Source: Armatimonadota bacterium
GTDB taxonomy: Bacteria; Armatimonadota; Hebobacteria; CAIYQO01
Direction: 5' to 3'
Length of the DNA stretch: 35,511 nt
Assembly (NCBI GenBank): GCA_038248345.1
Contig: JBBRXO010000016.1
Location: 1-35,511 of the forward strand
The notes under the pieces were generated by a model. That model was not told where the DNA came from, ran no database searches, and saw only the letters and a list, made by a program, of their open reading frames with translations. Shown here one piece after another: positions 18,136-27,529 of this stretch (positions are counted from its first letter, which is position 1; every line of letters begins with the position of its first letter). A program made the position numbers and the translations under genes.

Positions 18136-19187
18136 TTGCCCGTTGGGGCGGTAGATTTTCCACCGCCAGGGTGGTCAGTGTTTTTCCCGTCACCAGGTTC
18201 GGTTGTAGCAGATGCCGCTACTAGTTTGGCTAATGTATCCAATTTCTTCTGCATGTCATCCAGGCGTTTCTCCAGCAGTGCCATGCGTTTGTTAAGAGCA
18301 TCGTTGTCCGCCTGTATGCTCGCGAGCGAAGTATTTTTACGCAGGAAGGCATCCAACGAATCGAGCATGTCAATCTGATGGTTAGTTAGTCCGCGCCCAT
18401 CGAAGCCACGTGGCCCCATGGGGCCAGTTGTGCCATTGTAGCCACGCGGGCCCATTTCGCCGCGCTCACCACGGGGGCCTTGCGGTCCGGCTATTCCATC
18501 CCATCCCGCAGGACCCTGCGGGCCTATCGGCCCCATTGGCCCTTGTGGTCCGGGCGTATATTGTGCTGTCGTTGCGCCGTCAATTCCCGGCAGACCTCGT
18601 GGCCCGCGCAGGGAATCCTGTAACGCTGCATCTGTGAGGATCAGTTGGCGCATCGCCGCAAGCAACTCAGGAGCGACGGGGGGCGCAGGAGGGGTGGTGG
18701 CCAGGTAGACCACATTGCCGGGTTCTACAGTAGCATCAGGCACCTTTGCGGTTACCCGGACTATGCTCAGGCTGGGGCTGACAATTCGCACTACATCGGC
18801 TTTAGCTATCGGTAAAATGTTTTGACGCATATCAGCGTTAGCCTGTACTAGCTTGCCCAGTAGATATTTGTCCCCGACTTGTACCCCATCACGATCACCA
18901 ATATTGATGTATACATCTTCGCCATCAATAAATGCCACTTTCCCGTGGATTTCAAATTGAATAACCAGGGATCTAGCTTCCGGCTCTGGGGCAACGGTGA
19001 GCATAACTGGATCCGCAATGCTTAACGCCTCACCTGTCGCAGTAGTTGCCGGAGTGGTGAGAGTAGTCGCGGCTTGTTCTCGCGTAGGGCCGGCGGTGAT
19101 ATCCACCGGGGTATCCTGTGCCAGAGTGCCGAGGGAAAGGGCGAGCAGCAATGAAGTAGCTGTCGCCAGAGAATGGAATGCTTTCAT
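18132..19187 (-). CDS. Secreted collagen-like protein (FlgT-C-like beta domain, Gly-X-Y repeats, C-terminal coiled coil)
   Basis: Signal peptide; VYINIGDRDGVQVGD; 4+18 Gly-X-Y triplets; heptad LNKRMALLEKRLDDMQKKLDTL. GAGGAGG RBS and TATAAT upstream. Confidence 0.85.
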   Translation of the reverse strand: MKAFHSLATATSLLLALSLGTLAQDTPVDITAGPTREQAATTLTTPATTATGEALSIADPVMLTVAPEPEARSLVIQFEIHGKVAFIDGEDVYINIGDRDGVQVGDKYLLGKLVQANADMRQNILPIAKADVVRIVSPSLSIVRVTAKVPDATVEPGNVVYLATTPPAPPVAPELLAAMRQLILTDAALQDSLRGPRGLPGIDGATTAQYTPGPQGPMGPIGPQGPAGWDGIAGPQGPRGERGEMGPRGYNGTTGPMGPRGFDGRGLTNHQIDMLDSLDAFLRKNTSLASIQADNDALNKRMALLEKRLDDMQKKLDTLAKLVAASATTEPGDGKNTDHPGGGKSTAPTGN

Positions 19188-19280
19188 AGTACGCCTCCTC
19201 TTTGTGTTTGTATTGCGATTACCTATTATACGCGAAATATCGTGAATGGTTCCAGTGGTTTAGACATAAAACCGAGGGCA

Positions 19281-19313
19281 GGAAACATTCTGGAAATAAT
19301 TTGGAAATAAAAT
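19281..19313 (+). promoter_or_regulatory. Three GGAAA direct repeats at 11-bp spacing, putative regulator site
   Basis: GGAAACATTCT-GGAAATAATTT-GGAAATAAAAT. Confidence 0.45.
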
Positions 19314-19415
19314 GATAACATCATTACTCGCCTGGCGATCGACTTCGGGTGGTTCCAAACGAGATTGCCATATTCAACGCGGGTTGTGCAGGTTAAGCTG
19401 AGGGAGAATAATTAG

Positions 19416-20573
19416 ATGTGTACCCGTACCTGGCGCATGCTTGTCGGCATGGCGCTCCTCTTGTTTGTTGGTTCCTACGCCAGTGCGCAGGGGATCAACG
19501 AATCGATCCAGCAAGTCCAGCAGTACAACTTTGCTATCCATATTATGGCGATGTTGCTGGTCGGTTTCGGTTTCCTGATGGTCTTTGTGAAAAAGTACGG
19601 GTACAGCGCCGTCACCGGTACCTATCTGGTGGTGGCAGTGTCGATTCCGCTCTATGTGTTGTTACGGTCGTATGGAATATTCGGCAGTGAGGTAATTCCG
19701 CCGCAGACAATTACTGCGTTGCTCTTTGCGGAGTTTGCCGCAGCAGCAGTGTTAATCTCCATGGGCGCGGTGCTGGGACGAATCCAATTATACCAGTACA
19801 TGCTGTTGGCGGCGCTGATGGTGCCGATGTATATGCTCAATGAGTGGCTGGTATTGGAAAATGGTGTAGGACTCACCAAGGGTTTCACCGACACCGCCGG
19901 TTCAATTACCATTCACGCTTTCGGCGCTTATTTCGGGCTGGGGCTGGCGCTGATACTCACCAGCAAACTGCAGCAAGAGCAGGCTATCGAGACCGACGCC
20001 ACCTCTGACCGCTTCTCCATGCTGGGTTCCATGGTGCTGTGGATATTCTGGCCCAGCTTCTGCTGTGCCATCGTCGCCCCCGAGCAGGTGCCGCTGACGG
20101 CGATGAACACTATCCTGGCGCTCTCCGGCGCCACGTTGGGCACCTATGTGATCGGTATGCTACTGCGCAAGGGTCGCACCTCCATTGCGGACATGGCCAA
20201 TGCCGCGCTGGCGGGTGGGGTGGCAATCGGCGCCACCTGCAACGTCGTCTCTCCGGGGGTAGCTTTCCTGATCGGCCTCATTGCGGGCAGTATCAGTGTT
20301 ATTGGATATGTCGCCGTGCAGCCGGCGCTGGAGAAGAAACTGAAGCTGGTGGACACCTGTGGCGTGCATAATCTGCACGGTATGCCCGGCCTCTTTGGAG
20401 GCTTAATTGCGTTGTTGGTAGTGCCCAACATCGCCAGCTCCGCACAGCTGATCGGTATCGGTATCACACTGGCGCTAGCCATGGCCGGTGGGCTTTTCGT
20501 CGGTCTGCTGGTGAAGATTACCGGGAAAGAGATCGTGGCCTATGAAGACAAGGTGGACTTCGATGTAGCATAA
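19416..20573 (+). CDS. Ammonium transporter, Rhesus (Rh50) type
   Basis: AVLISMGAVLG, GSITIHAFGAYFG, FSMLGSMVLWIFWPSF, DTCGVHNLHGMPG: twin-His pore and Rh-type motifs; about 11 TM. Confidence 0.9.
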   Translation: MCTRTWRMLVGMALLLFVGSYASAQGINESIQQVQQYNFAIHIMAMLLVGFGFLMVFVKKYGYSAVTGTYLVVAVSIPLYVLLRSYGIFGSEVIPPQTITALLFAEFAAAAVLISMGAVLGRIQLYQYMLLAALMVPMYMLNEWLVLENGVGLTKGFTDTAGSITIHAFGAYFGLGLALILTSKLQQEQAIETDATSDRFSMLGSMVLWIFWPSFCCAIVAPEQVPLTAMNTILALSGATLGTYVIGMLLRKGRTSIADMANAALAGGVAIGATCNVVSPGVAFLIGLIAGSISVIGYVAVQPALEKKLKLVDTCGVHNLHGMPGLFGGLIALLVVPNIASSAQLIGIGITLALAMAGGLFVGLLVKITGKEIVAYEDKVDFDVA

Positions 20574-20627
20574 GCGTAGTTGATCCAGTTACAATAATAT
20601 GCAAAGACAGATTCTCCGGCGGGCTTT

Positions 20628-20656
20628 TTGCCTTGCCGGGGAAAATGTTATATGAT
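20628..20656 (+). promoter_or_regulatory. Sigma70-type promoter overlapping a GC-rich hairpin (20612-20643)
   Basis: TTGCCT-17 nt-TATGAT; GGAGG RBS before 20701. Confidence 0.55.
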
Positions 20657-20700
20657 GCTAAAGTTCAGGTTGTATCCCTGAATTATCGGAGGAGATAACT

Positions 20701-21171
20701 ATGGTCTTAGACCTTGTCACCACATTGCTGGCTGCGGGGATGTCTCCGGCGATGCCGGGGTCCACTAGTGATGTTGAAATTCGTAGAACGGACAGTGTCG
20801 CTGATGCCAGTGCGCAGCGCCAACGTAATGAAGTTCGGCGGTTTGAGGATTCTATCGACCGGATTACGCTGCTGAATATGGCGCTCTGGTCGATATTAAA
20901 GGAGAAGTTGGGCGTCAGCGATGAGGAGTTACTGAAACGTGTGGAGGAGATAGACCTGAGCGATGGAAAGCTGGATGGGAAAGTTCGCGTTCAAGTTTCC
21001 GTTTGTCCCCATTGTAACCGGCAAATGTCCTGTAAATTTTTGCGGTGCCTCTATTGTGGTTATGCAATCCCCAATCAAGATGCTGTCATGAAAGTGATGG
21101 CTGGCCCACCGGTTGAAGAGAAGGTGCAGGAAAATATGCCCACACAAGGTAAATGGGGGCAAGAGGGGTAA
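20701..21171 (+). CDS. Hypothetical protein with C-terminal zinc ribbon
   Basis: EEIDLSDGKLDG followed by CPHC-x10-CLYC. Confidence 0.8.
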   Translation: MVLDLVTTLLAAGMSPAMPGSTSDVEIRRTDSVADASAQRQRNEVRRFEDSIDRITLLNMALWSILKEKLGVSDEELLKRVEEIDLSDGKLDGKVRVQVSVCPHCNRQMSCKFLRCLYCGYAIPNQDAVMKVMAGPPVEEKVQENMPTQGKWGQEG

Positions 21172-21322
21172 ATAATTATTAATAGCACCTGTTGGGTGCA
21201 TTTGCATATATACAAAATTAAGCAAAAACAGTATAATTGGATATAATTTCTTGCGTGAATGCGGTATTTTTTCCGCTAAATTTATCCGACCCTGGCAAGG
21301 TATCTGTTTGAGGCATCATTAA

Positions 21323-23293
21323 ATGACTGATCAGAAGTTGAATAATCAGTCCCGTCGGTATTTCTCCTGGGCGACTCTCGCCTTGGTGATGGCGGACATT
21401 TTTGCGTTACTATTGGCGCTATTTCTTTCTTTTATGTTGCGCTTTGAGTTCGATTTTTACAAGGCTTTTATTGATAGCGATTCCCAGTTCCACAATCATA
21501 TTCAAAGTTTGCCTTACGTGTTACTAGTCTACATTATTATTTATTCACTCACCAGGTTATATCGTTACGCGTGGCGATTTGCCAGTCTAGATATGTTGCG
21601 CGACATCGTGATTGCTAATGTTTTAGGCCTGATGTCGATGGTAGTCATTCAGGCTATCTTTGAAAGTAAATATTATTATCCGTACCCAAAATCTGTGCTC
21701 TTGATTTTTTTACTATTGAGTATTGTTTTTGTCGGTGGTATGAGGATTTTACTTCGTATCATAAATCTTCACCGCGCGCATGGAGAGAATTCTTCGGTGG
21801 CAATTCCCACGGACAGACGTAGAAAACGCGTAGTCATCATGGGGGGCGGCCCCGATGGGGCGCGGTTGCTGGAAGCAATTCAAGAGGATATGCGGCATCC
21901 TGTTAAGATCGTCGGTTTTTTGGACGACGATCCGCGTAACCTAGGAGTATATATCCGCGGCGTGAAGGTACTCGGTCGATTGTCTCATCTCTTCTTTCTG
22001 TTAAATGAAAGGGCGGTGGATGAGGTGATAATCCGTATCCCCGAAGCCAGCGGATCCGAGATAAAAGAATATGTCATGGCATGTCGCAAGCAGAAGATCC
22101 CGGTCAAAGTAATCCCTGCTATGTGCGATGTGGTGTCCGGGGCGACCAAAGTAGCACAGTTGGAAGAGGTGAGCGTAGATGACCTCTTACGTCGTCCGCC
22201 TGTCACCGTGGCACTGGGAGAAATATGTAGCTATCTCGCCGGAAAGAGCGTGCTGGTAACGGGCGCGGGTGGGTCAATCGGTTCAGAGCTTTGTCGGCAG
22301 ATAATAAATATGAACCCGGGGACGCTGGTACTCTTCGGACACGGGGAAAATTCAATTCACGGTATCTATCAGGAATTGAGGCAAGATTATCCGGCGATGG
22401 CAGAGAGATTGAAAGTAGTTATCGGCTCGGTATCGGATGATGTGCGGGTGGGGCAGATATTCCAGATGTATAGCCCATCAGTAGTCTTTCATGCAGCCGC
22501 GCACAAGCATGTGCCAATCATGGAGTTGAATGTACCGGAAGCGGTGCAGAATAACGTTATGGGCACGCGGTGTGTGGCAGAAGCTTGCGGACGTTATGGC
22601 GTCAAGTGCATGGTGCTCATCAGCACAGATAAAGCCGTCAACCCATCCAGTGTGATGGGGGCGACGAAATGGCTTTGTGAAGAAGCGGTACTATGCATGG
22701 CGAAGTTACATGGCGGTACCAAGTACATCACAGTTCGTTTCGGTAATGTGCTGGGTAGTCGGGGGAGTGTCGTTCCCATCTTTAAGGCGCAGATTCGGCG
22801 AGGTGGGCCGGTGATGGTTACCCATCCGGAGATGACACGATACTTTATGACGATACCAGAAGCAGTATTGTTGGTATTGCAAGCAGGAGCTGTAGGACGG
22901 AGCGGCGAATTGTATCTGTTAGATATGGGCGAGCCGGTAAAAATATTCGACCTGGCGCAGGATATGATACGGCTATCCGGCTTGGAGCCGGGTGTGGATA
23001 TTCATATTCAATTCACTGGATTACGCTCGGGTGAAAAATTACATGAATCATTGAACTCGGGAGATGAGATAATCGAAGAATCCGAATATGAGAGATTATC
23101 TCGTGTGCAACGAGGGGTTACCTTTACCAGCGAAGATTATCGTGAGGTGTTGCGAACATTGCAACAGAAAGCCAGTATTGGCGATTCTGATGCGTTACTG
23201 TTATACTTGGATTCAATAGTACCTGGATTCGCGCAACAACGCTTGTTATCGGAAACCATTGCGTTGCCGGAGAACGTTTCGGTCGCGAAGTAG
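21323..23293 (+). CDS. Membrane-bound UDP-GlcNAc 4,6-dehydratase, CapD/PglF/WbpM family
   Basis: 4 N-terminal TM; GFLDDD CoA-binding-like domain; VTGAGGSIGSEL, FHAAAHKHVP, ISTDKAVNP..MGATK, VRFGNVLGSRGSV, GEKLHE. Confidence 0.95.
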   Translation: MTDQKLNNQSRRYFSWATLALVMADIFALLLALFLSFMLRFEFDFYKAFIDSDSQFHNHIQSLPYVLLVYIIIYSLTRLYRYAWRFASLDMLRDIVIANVLGLMSMVVIQAIFESKYYYPYPKSVLLIFLLLSIVFVGGMRILLRIINLHRAHGENSSVAIPTDRRRKRVVIMGGGPDGARLLEAIQEDMRHPVKIVGFLDDDPRNLGVYIRGVKVLGRLSHLFFLLNERAVDEVIIRIPEASGSEIKEYVMACRKQKIPVKVIPAMCDVVSGATKVAQLEEVSVDDLLRRPPVTVALGEICSYLAGKSVLVTGAGGSIGSELCRQIINMNPGTLVLFGHGENSIHGIYQELRQDYPAMAERLKVVIGSVSDDVRVGQIFQMYSPSVVFHAAAHKHVPIMELNVPEAVQNNVMGTRCVAEACGRYGVKCMVLISTDKAVNPSSVMGATKWLCEEAVLCMAKLHGGTKYITVRFGNVLGSRGSVVPIFKAQIRRGGPVMVTHPEMTRYFMTIPEAVLLVLQAGAVGRSGELYLLDMGEPVKIFDLAQDMIRLSGLEPGVDIHIQFTGLRSGEKLHESLNSGDEIIEESEYERLSRVQRGVTFTSEDYREVLRTLQQKASIGDSDALLLYLDSIVPGFAQQRLLSETIALPENVSVAK

Positions 23294-23333
23294 TTGACGT
23301 TAGTCATTTAGAGACAGGAATAGGAGATTATAG

Positions 23334-26300
23334 ATGAAGATAAGACTGATTTCTTCGCTGGTAGCGATGTTGTTTGTCGTGTTGATTGCATTTGCGGCTA
23401 CGGATACCCCACCTATACCGATACCAACAACGGGCCCCGCCCTTCCCTCTGCTGTATCGCAGACTGTTGTGCCGGGTGTAGTGGGTGAGAAGAGTTTAGA
23501 TAATGTAGCATTCGCCGATGTGGATTTATCCAATTTGAAGCTCTTCGGTCATGATGTATTCCGCCCCAACCCTGGAGCAACCCCGGCTAATGGCAATGTT
23601 GTTCCAATAGATTATGTACTAGGTGTCGGTGATACTGTCTCCATCATTGTCCGCGGTACCGATAACACTGAATATGAGCGCACCAGTGCAACAATCAGCC
23701 CGGAGGGGGTCGTCAGTCTTAAACTCGTTGGTAATGTGCCGTTGGCGAACATGTCATTTGATAAAGCACGCGCAACATTAACTGCAAGATATGCAGAGTT
23801 CTACAAAGCCGGACAATTCGTTGTCACATTAGAAGTGACGCAACGTCGTACGCTTTCTGTGTACGTACTGGGTGAAGTAGTTAATCCAGGCCAGTATACC
23901 CTCCCCAGTTTATCCACCGTCTTCGCGTCATTGACTGCCGCAGGTGGCCCCACCGATTTAGGGTGCATCAGGCAGATCAGGTTGTCCCGTGCCAACCAGG
24001 CGGATAGAGTAATTGATGCCTATGACTTTTTGTTAAAAGGTGCACCTGTTGACCTGCAGATCGAAAACGGAGATAGAATCTTCATCCCGATGATCTCGGA
24101 AAAGGCGAAGTTGATCAGCATCGGTGGCGAAGTACGCCGACCGGCCAAGTATGAATTATTAAGCGAAGAGACGATGGGGCGCGCACTGGAGATCGCTGGT
24201 GGGGTTACCTCTAATAGTTCCGGTATCGCCAGACTGAGAAGGGTGGACAACGCAACAAAGAATTCCACCATTTTGGATCTGAATATCGATGATAGCGCCG
24301 GTTATAAAATCCTTGACGGTGATCAGATTATTGTCCGTCGAGTGCTGACCTTATTAAATGGCGCGGTAACAATCAAAGGCGCCGTCAATCGTCCGGGCTC
24401 ATATAGCATCAAGCAAGCGAGCACTGTATCGAAATTGCTCGCGCTGGCAGATGGTCAGACCGCAGATGCCTATGTTGAGCAGGCGCTGATAACCAGTATG
24501 GATGTCAAAACCGGCGCACGTCGGCAAACAGCGATAAATGTACGCGCTATCCTCGCGGGGACGGACATTGATGTTACTCTAGCCCCTGATGATGTCCTCC
24601 AAGTATACAAGCGTTCAGAACTCCCCACTACTCTAATGGATGTGGTCTGGGCCAAAGGCGCCGTACTGCAGCCGGGTTCATATTTCTATAAACCTGGGAT
24701 GAGAGTTAGTGACCTGGTGCACCTCGCACTGGGCACCGTGAGTGGCGCATATCTAAAACAAGTCCACCTCATGCGCTACCCGGCATCATTTGCTGTCGCT
24801 GCTGATGGAACTTTATTACGACCGTCAGTAATACTGATTGATCTGGAGAAAGCTTTAACGGGCGATAAAGCCGAAGATATAGAATTGATGGCTCGCGATG
24901 AGGTACAGATATATAACAGCAGTGAACTACCTAGTAACCTATTGGACCAGGTAACCGTCGAAGGTGCCATCGTACGGCCGAAGAGCTACCCGTATCAGGA
25001 TGGGATGCATGTCGCAGACCTGGTGAAATTGGCGTTAGGCACGATGCCGGATGCCTATCTGAAGCAAGCACAAATTTTCCGATACCCCTCGACGACCGAT
25101 ATCGCAGGTTCGAAGGACCCGGATTCGCTACAGCGTTCCGTGATGAATTTCGATCTGGCGCAAGCGTTGATGAATCCGCTTTCCGATCAGAACATCCTGC
25201 TGCAGCCGCGAGATATAGTTAAGATCATCGGAATCGGCGATCTACCCAATGATTCGCGCGAAGAAGTCAGTGTTGAAGGCTCAGTTATCCATCCGGGTAA
25301 ATTCCCGATCAAAGCAGGAATGCGGGTAGCCGATCTCATTGAAAGCGCCTACGGTTTGAAGGTTGATGCTTATCTGTTAACGGCGGAGATTAACCGTTAT
25401 CCCGCACCAGCGATCGGTGTGGATGCTAATTTATTACAGGCACGCGTAATCCTAGTTGATCTCTCAAAAGCACTGGTGCCGGGCAACGTTGATGAAAACG
25501 TTTTACTGCAGCCCCGCGATGTGCTGAAGGTATATTCGCGGACGAATTTTTCTAATGATCTACTAGATATAGTACGTATCGATGGGCAAGTGCAAAATAC
25601 GGGTAGTTACCAGTTCAACAGTGGCATGCGAGTAGCTGAATTGATCGCACTGGCGCACGGCATCACCACCAATGCTTATATGGCTAATGTGCAGATATAC
25701 CATTACAAGTCAGGCGAGACAGCTTCAATGGATTCATATGACATGACGGATATCTTGAAGTACGACGCAAAAGCCGAGGTACCCGGCAATGTATTGCTAA
25801 GCCCGCGCGACCGTGTGGTAATTAAATCTCGGGCGGATGTCACGGACTTGGTGGTACATGTAGAAGGCGAAGTCAACGAACCGAAGTCCCTGACCTATTA
25901 TAAGGGAATGAAAGTATCCGATGCACTATTCCTGGCAGGTGGGTTGAAGCCAAACGTCGCTCTCGATCATGCGCTGATCATGCGGCTGAACGGGAAGACC
26001 ATGAAAGAAGAGATGCTCGACATCTCACTCCGCGGCGTGATGCAGCAGCCGCCCGATCCATCGCAAAATATTGAGCTGTTGAACAATGACCGGCTGGTAA
26101 TTTATTCGCAGGAATATGTTGGTCTCAAGAGTAACGTGAATATCGAAGGGGCAGTTAGTTCACCGGGGAGCTATCCATTCTACGGTGGGATGACGGTGAA
26201 TAACCTGATATTCATCGCAAAGGATCTGCAGCAGGATAGCTATGCTACCCGCGCCAATTTATACCGCTTACTTCCGGACAATACGATCAGAATGATCCCA

Positions 26301-27506
26301 GTAAACTTGTTGGCTGCACGGGAGAATCCCGCCGGTTCGGATAACCTACTCCTGCAAGCAAGCGATCGTCTCGTTGTATCAAAGCGCACGGATATGGAAG
26401 AGCCGCAGATAGTGAAGATCAATGGATTTGTCCGCAAAGCCGGAGAGTTCCCGCTTTCGATTGGGATGAAGCTGTCTGATGTGGTTGCGCTGGCTGGGGG
26501 GCTAAAACCGGAAGCGGAGCAGAAACTTTACTTGAACCGCGTTGGACGCCCAGTACAGGAGATTATTGTAACTATTGGCGAAAAGGGCCTGGTAGTCATT
26601 AATTTAGACCCGTTCCTGCAGAAGAATGACCTGATCACAGTACGGGAAAATTCGGAATATCTGAATATGACCAAAACAGTATCTGTACAGGGAGCGGTAG
26701 CCCATGCAGGCTCCTTCCCAGCTTACAATATCACCCGTGATAATCCCGTCACGCTGAAGCAACTGTTGGCCAAAGATGGTATGACCGGAGGGTTACTCTC
26801 TACTGCTTATCCGGGCGGCATCGTTCTTTATCGCAGTGAAAAGGCAATCCGCAGTGACGAGCAACGCCTAGAGCTTTCCAAAATCCTTTCAGATATGGAT
26901 CAGAGTATGGGGCTAACGCCAGGCAAAAATCAATTTCAAACCGGAGTGGACCAGATGACCCCGGAACAGATAAATACGCAAAATGTGGCGAATATGACCG
27001 ACTCATTGACTAAGGTACTCACTACTGACCAGAACACCAAAGTAGTGATGATCGTCAGTCCGCGAAGTATGACCGACCTAGTGACTCGTATAACGATTCC
27101 GATCAATGCAGCCGAGATACTCTCGGGCAAACCCAATACGTTGGATATCGCCCTGTTGCCGGATGACATAATTTATGTTCCAGAGCGGCCGACCATTGTT
27201 ACAATATTGGGTGGCGTTTTCCAGAGCGGCTCGGTTCTGTATGCAGAGGGCACTAAGGTGGAGGGTTACCTAAATCAGTGTGGTGGGGTTGCTGATGACG
27301 GAGATGCAAAACGAATCGTTATTATGCGTATGAACGGCGTAGTCTACCCCGCCAAGAACGTTGCCAAAATTCAGCCGGGCGATATCATAATTGTCCCGAC
27401 GAAGTTCAAAACAAATACCGTGAAGACCCAGAGCGAATTCGAGAACGCGATGAGAAGCATCTCGCAGGTAGCGTTAACAGTGCTCGGTGTCTCGCGATTA
27501 TTCTAG
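23334..27506 (+). CDS. Polysaccharide export (OPX) protein with Poly_export domain and about 12 SLBB repeats
   Basis: DYVLGVGDTV PES motif; 12 VxVxGxVxxPGxY-type repeats; IQPGDIIIVP and a C-terminal amphipathic helix. Confidence 0.9.
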   Translation: MKIRLISSLVAMLFVVLIAFAATDTPPIPIPTTGPALPSAVSQTVVPGVVGEKSLDNVAFADVDLSNLKLFGHDVFRPNPGATPANGNVVPIDYVLGVGDTVSIIVRGTDNTEYERTSATISPEGVVSLKLVGNVPLANMSFDKARATLTARYAEFYKAGQFVVTLEVTQRRTLSVYVLGEVVNPGQYTLPSLSTVFASLTAAGGPTDLGCIRQIRLSRANQADRVIDAYDFLLKGAPVDLQIENGDRIFIPMISEKAKLISIGGEVRRPAKYELLSEETMGRALEIAGGVTSNSSGIARLRRVDNATKNSTILDLNIDDSAGYKILDGDQIIVRRVLTLLNGAVTIKGAVNRPGSYSIKQASTVSKLLALADGQTADAYVEQALITSMDVKTGARRQTAINVRAILAGTDIDVTLAPDDVLQVYKRSELPTTLMDVVWAKGAVLQPGSYFYKPGMRVSDLVHLALGTVSGAYLKQVHLMRYPASFAVAADGTLLRPSVILIDLEKALTGDKAEDIELMARDEVQIYNSSELPSNLLDQVTVEGAIVRPKSYPYQDGMHVADLVKLALGTMPDAYLKQAQIFRYPSTTDIAGSKDPDSLQRSVMNFDLAQALMNPLSDQNILLQPRDIVKIIGIGDLPNDSREEVSVEGSVIHPGKFPIKAGMRVADLIESAYGLKVDAYLLTAEINRYPAPAIGVDANLLQARVILVDLSKALVPGNVDENVLLQPRDVLKVYSRTNFSNDLLDIVRIDGQVQNTGSYQFNSGMRVAELIALAHGITTNAYMANVQIYHYKSGETASMDSYDMTDILKYDAKAEVPGNVLLSPRDRVVIKSRADVTDLVVHVEGEVNEPKSLTYYKGMKVSDALFLAGGLKPNVALDHALIMRLNGKTMKEEMLDISLRGVMQQPPDPSQNIELLNNDRLVIYSQEYVGLKSNVNIEGAVSSPGSYPFYGGMTVNNLIFIAKDLQQDSYATRANLYRLLPDNTIRMIPVNLLAARENPAGSDNLLLQASDRLVVSKRTDMEEPQIVKINGFVRKAGEFPLSIGMKLSDVVALAGGLKPEAEQKLYLNRVGRPVQEIIVTIGEKGLVVINLDPFLQKNDLITVRENSEYLNMTKTVSVQGAVAHAGSFPAYNITRDNPVTLKQLLAKDGMTGGLLSTAYPGGIVLYRSEKAIRSDEQRLELSKILSDMDQSMGLTPGKNQFQTGVDQMTPEQINTQNVANMTDSLTKVLTTDQNTKVVMIVSPRSMTDLVTRITIPINAAEILSGKPNTLDIALLPDDIIYVPERPTIVTILGGVFQSGSVLYAEGTKVEGYLNQCGGVADDGDAKRIVIMRMNGVVYPAKNVAKIQPGDIIIVPTKFKTNTVKTQSEFENAMRSISQVALTVLGVSRLF

Positions 27507-27529
27507 TCAATAGATAACGATCAGACAGG

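Noticed and set aside
19333..19347. Sigma54 promoter upstream of the ammonium channel
   Set aside because: TGGCGAT-N4-TTCG lacks the invariant -12 GC.
21172..21800. AT-rich stretch as a mobile-island boundary or ops/JUMPstart element
   Set aside because: No integrase, tRNA, flanking direct repeats or GGCGGTAG; explained by a promoter region and TM-coding sequence.
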